Shown here one piece after another: positions 63,996 to 64,000 of a stretch of DNA of 64,000 bases. A model generated the notes under the pieces. The model saw only the letters and a list, made by a program, of their open reading frames with translations. It searched no databases and was not told the origin of the DNA. Every line of letters starts with the position of its first letter. The first letter of the stretch is position 1. The translations under genes were made by a program, and so were the position numbers. The DNA is from Alphaproteobacteria bacterium (GTDB lineage: Bacteria; Pseudomonadota; Alphaproteobacteria; CAAHEQ01; UBA3637): positions 49,611 through 113,610 of the forward strand of contig JAZUQR010000021.1 in the NCBI GenBank assembly GCA_045605805.1, written 5' to 3'.

Positions 63996-64000
63996 ATTTT

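Overview
This window is an AT-rich alphaproteobacterial chromosome segment. A GcrA cell-cycle regulator is present, and ankyrin, LRR and Fic proteins suggest a eukaryote-associated lifestyle.

**Core region, about 1-26.1 kb.** It holds glgP (runs off the left edge), mltG-fabF-acpP-fabG, a very unusual cysteine-rich secreted repeat protein, and a GDSL hydrolase. Next come a four-gene MacAB/TolC-type efflux operon, a His/Cys-tailed small protein, xseB-ispA, nth and two envelope hypotheticals. The region ends with gcrA, polA, tlyA, gpsA, SRP RNA, dnaX, an msbA-like exporter and an RHH protein.

**Island at tRNA-Thr.** tRNA-Thr(GGU) at 26152-26226 is the attachment site of a ~25.7-kb integrated island (26210-51951). 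The island is bounded by a 20-bp direct repeat of the tRNA 3' end. A third copy at 52075-52093 carries what looks like the original tRNA flank. The island carries:
- a large tyrosine integrase and plasmid-type genes (DUF1281-like, DUF6876-like)
- a wHTH gene next to an iteron array and an AT-rich tract
- two paralogous serine recombinases and a small tyrosine recombinase with a lox/FRT-like inverted repeat
- a glycan-modification cluster, a class-II Fic protein, ankyrin proteins and an sHSP

**Most interesting locus.** A tight three-gene operon at 34085-38925 encodes a DUF4297/Cap4-like PD-(D/E)xK nuclease, a 968-aa motif-less helical protein and an HNH-like CxxC protein. It does not match any named defence architecture I know.

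**Further accessory DNA, 52.1-61.5 kb.** It holds an MBOAT + AlgJ-like pair, a P-loop kinase, an acetyltransferase, an MccF-like peptidase, a DUF805 protein and a large LRR protein. A four-copy mosaic repeat family and a gene remnant related to the island are scattered through it. The window ends with tRNA-Leu(CAG) and lon.

I saw no rRNA and no CRISPR array. All calls rest on reading the sequence and ORF translations by eye. No searches, folds or composition statistics were computed.
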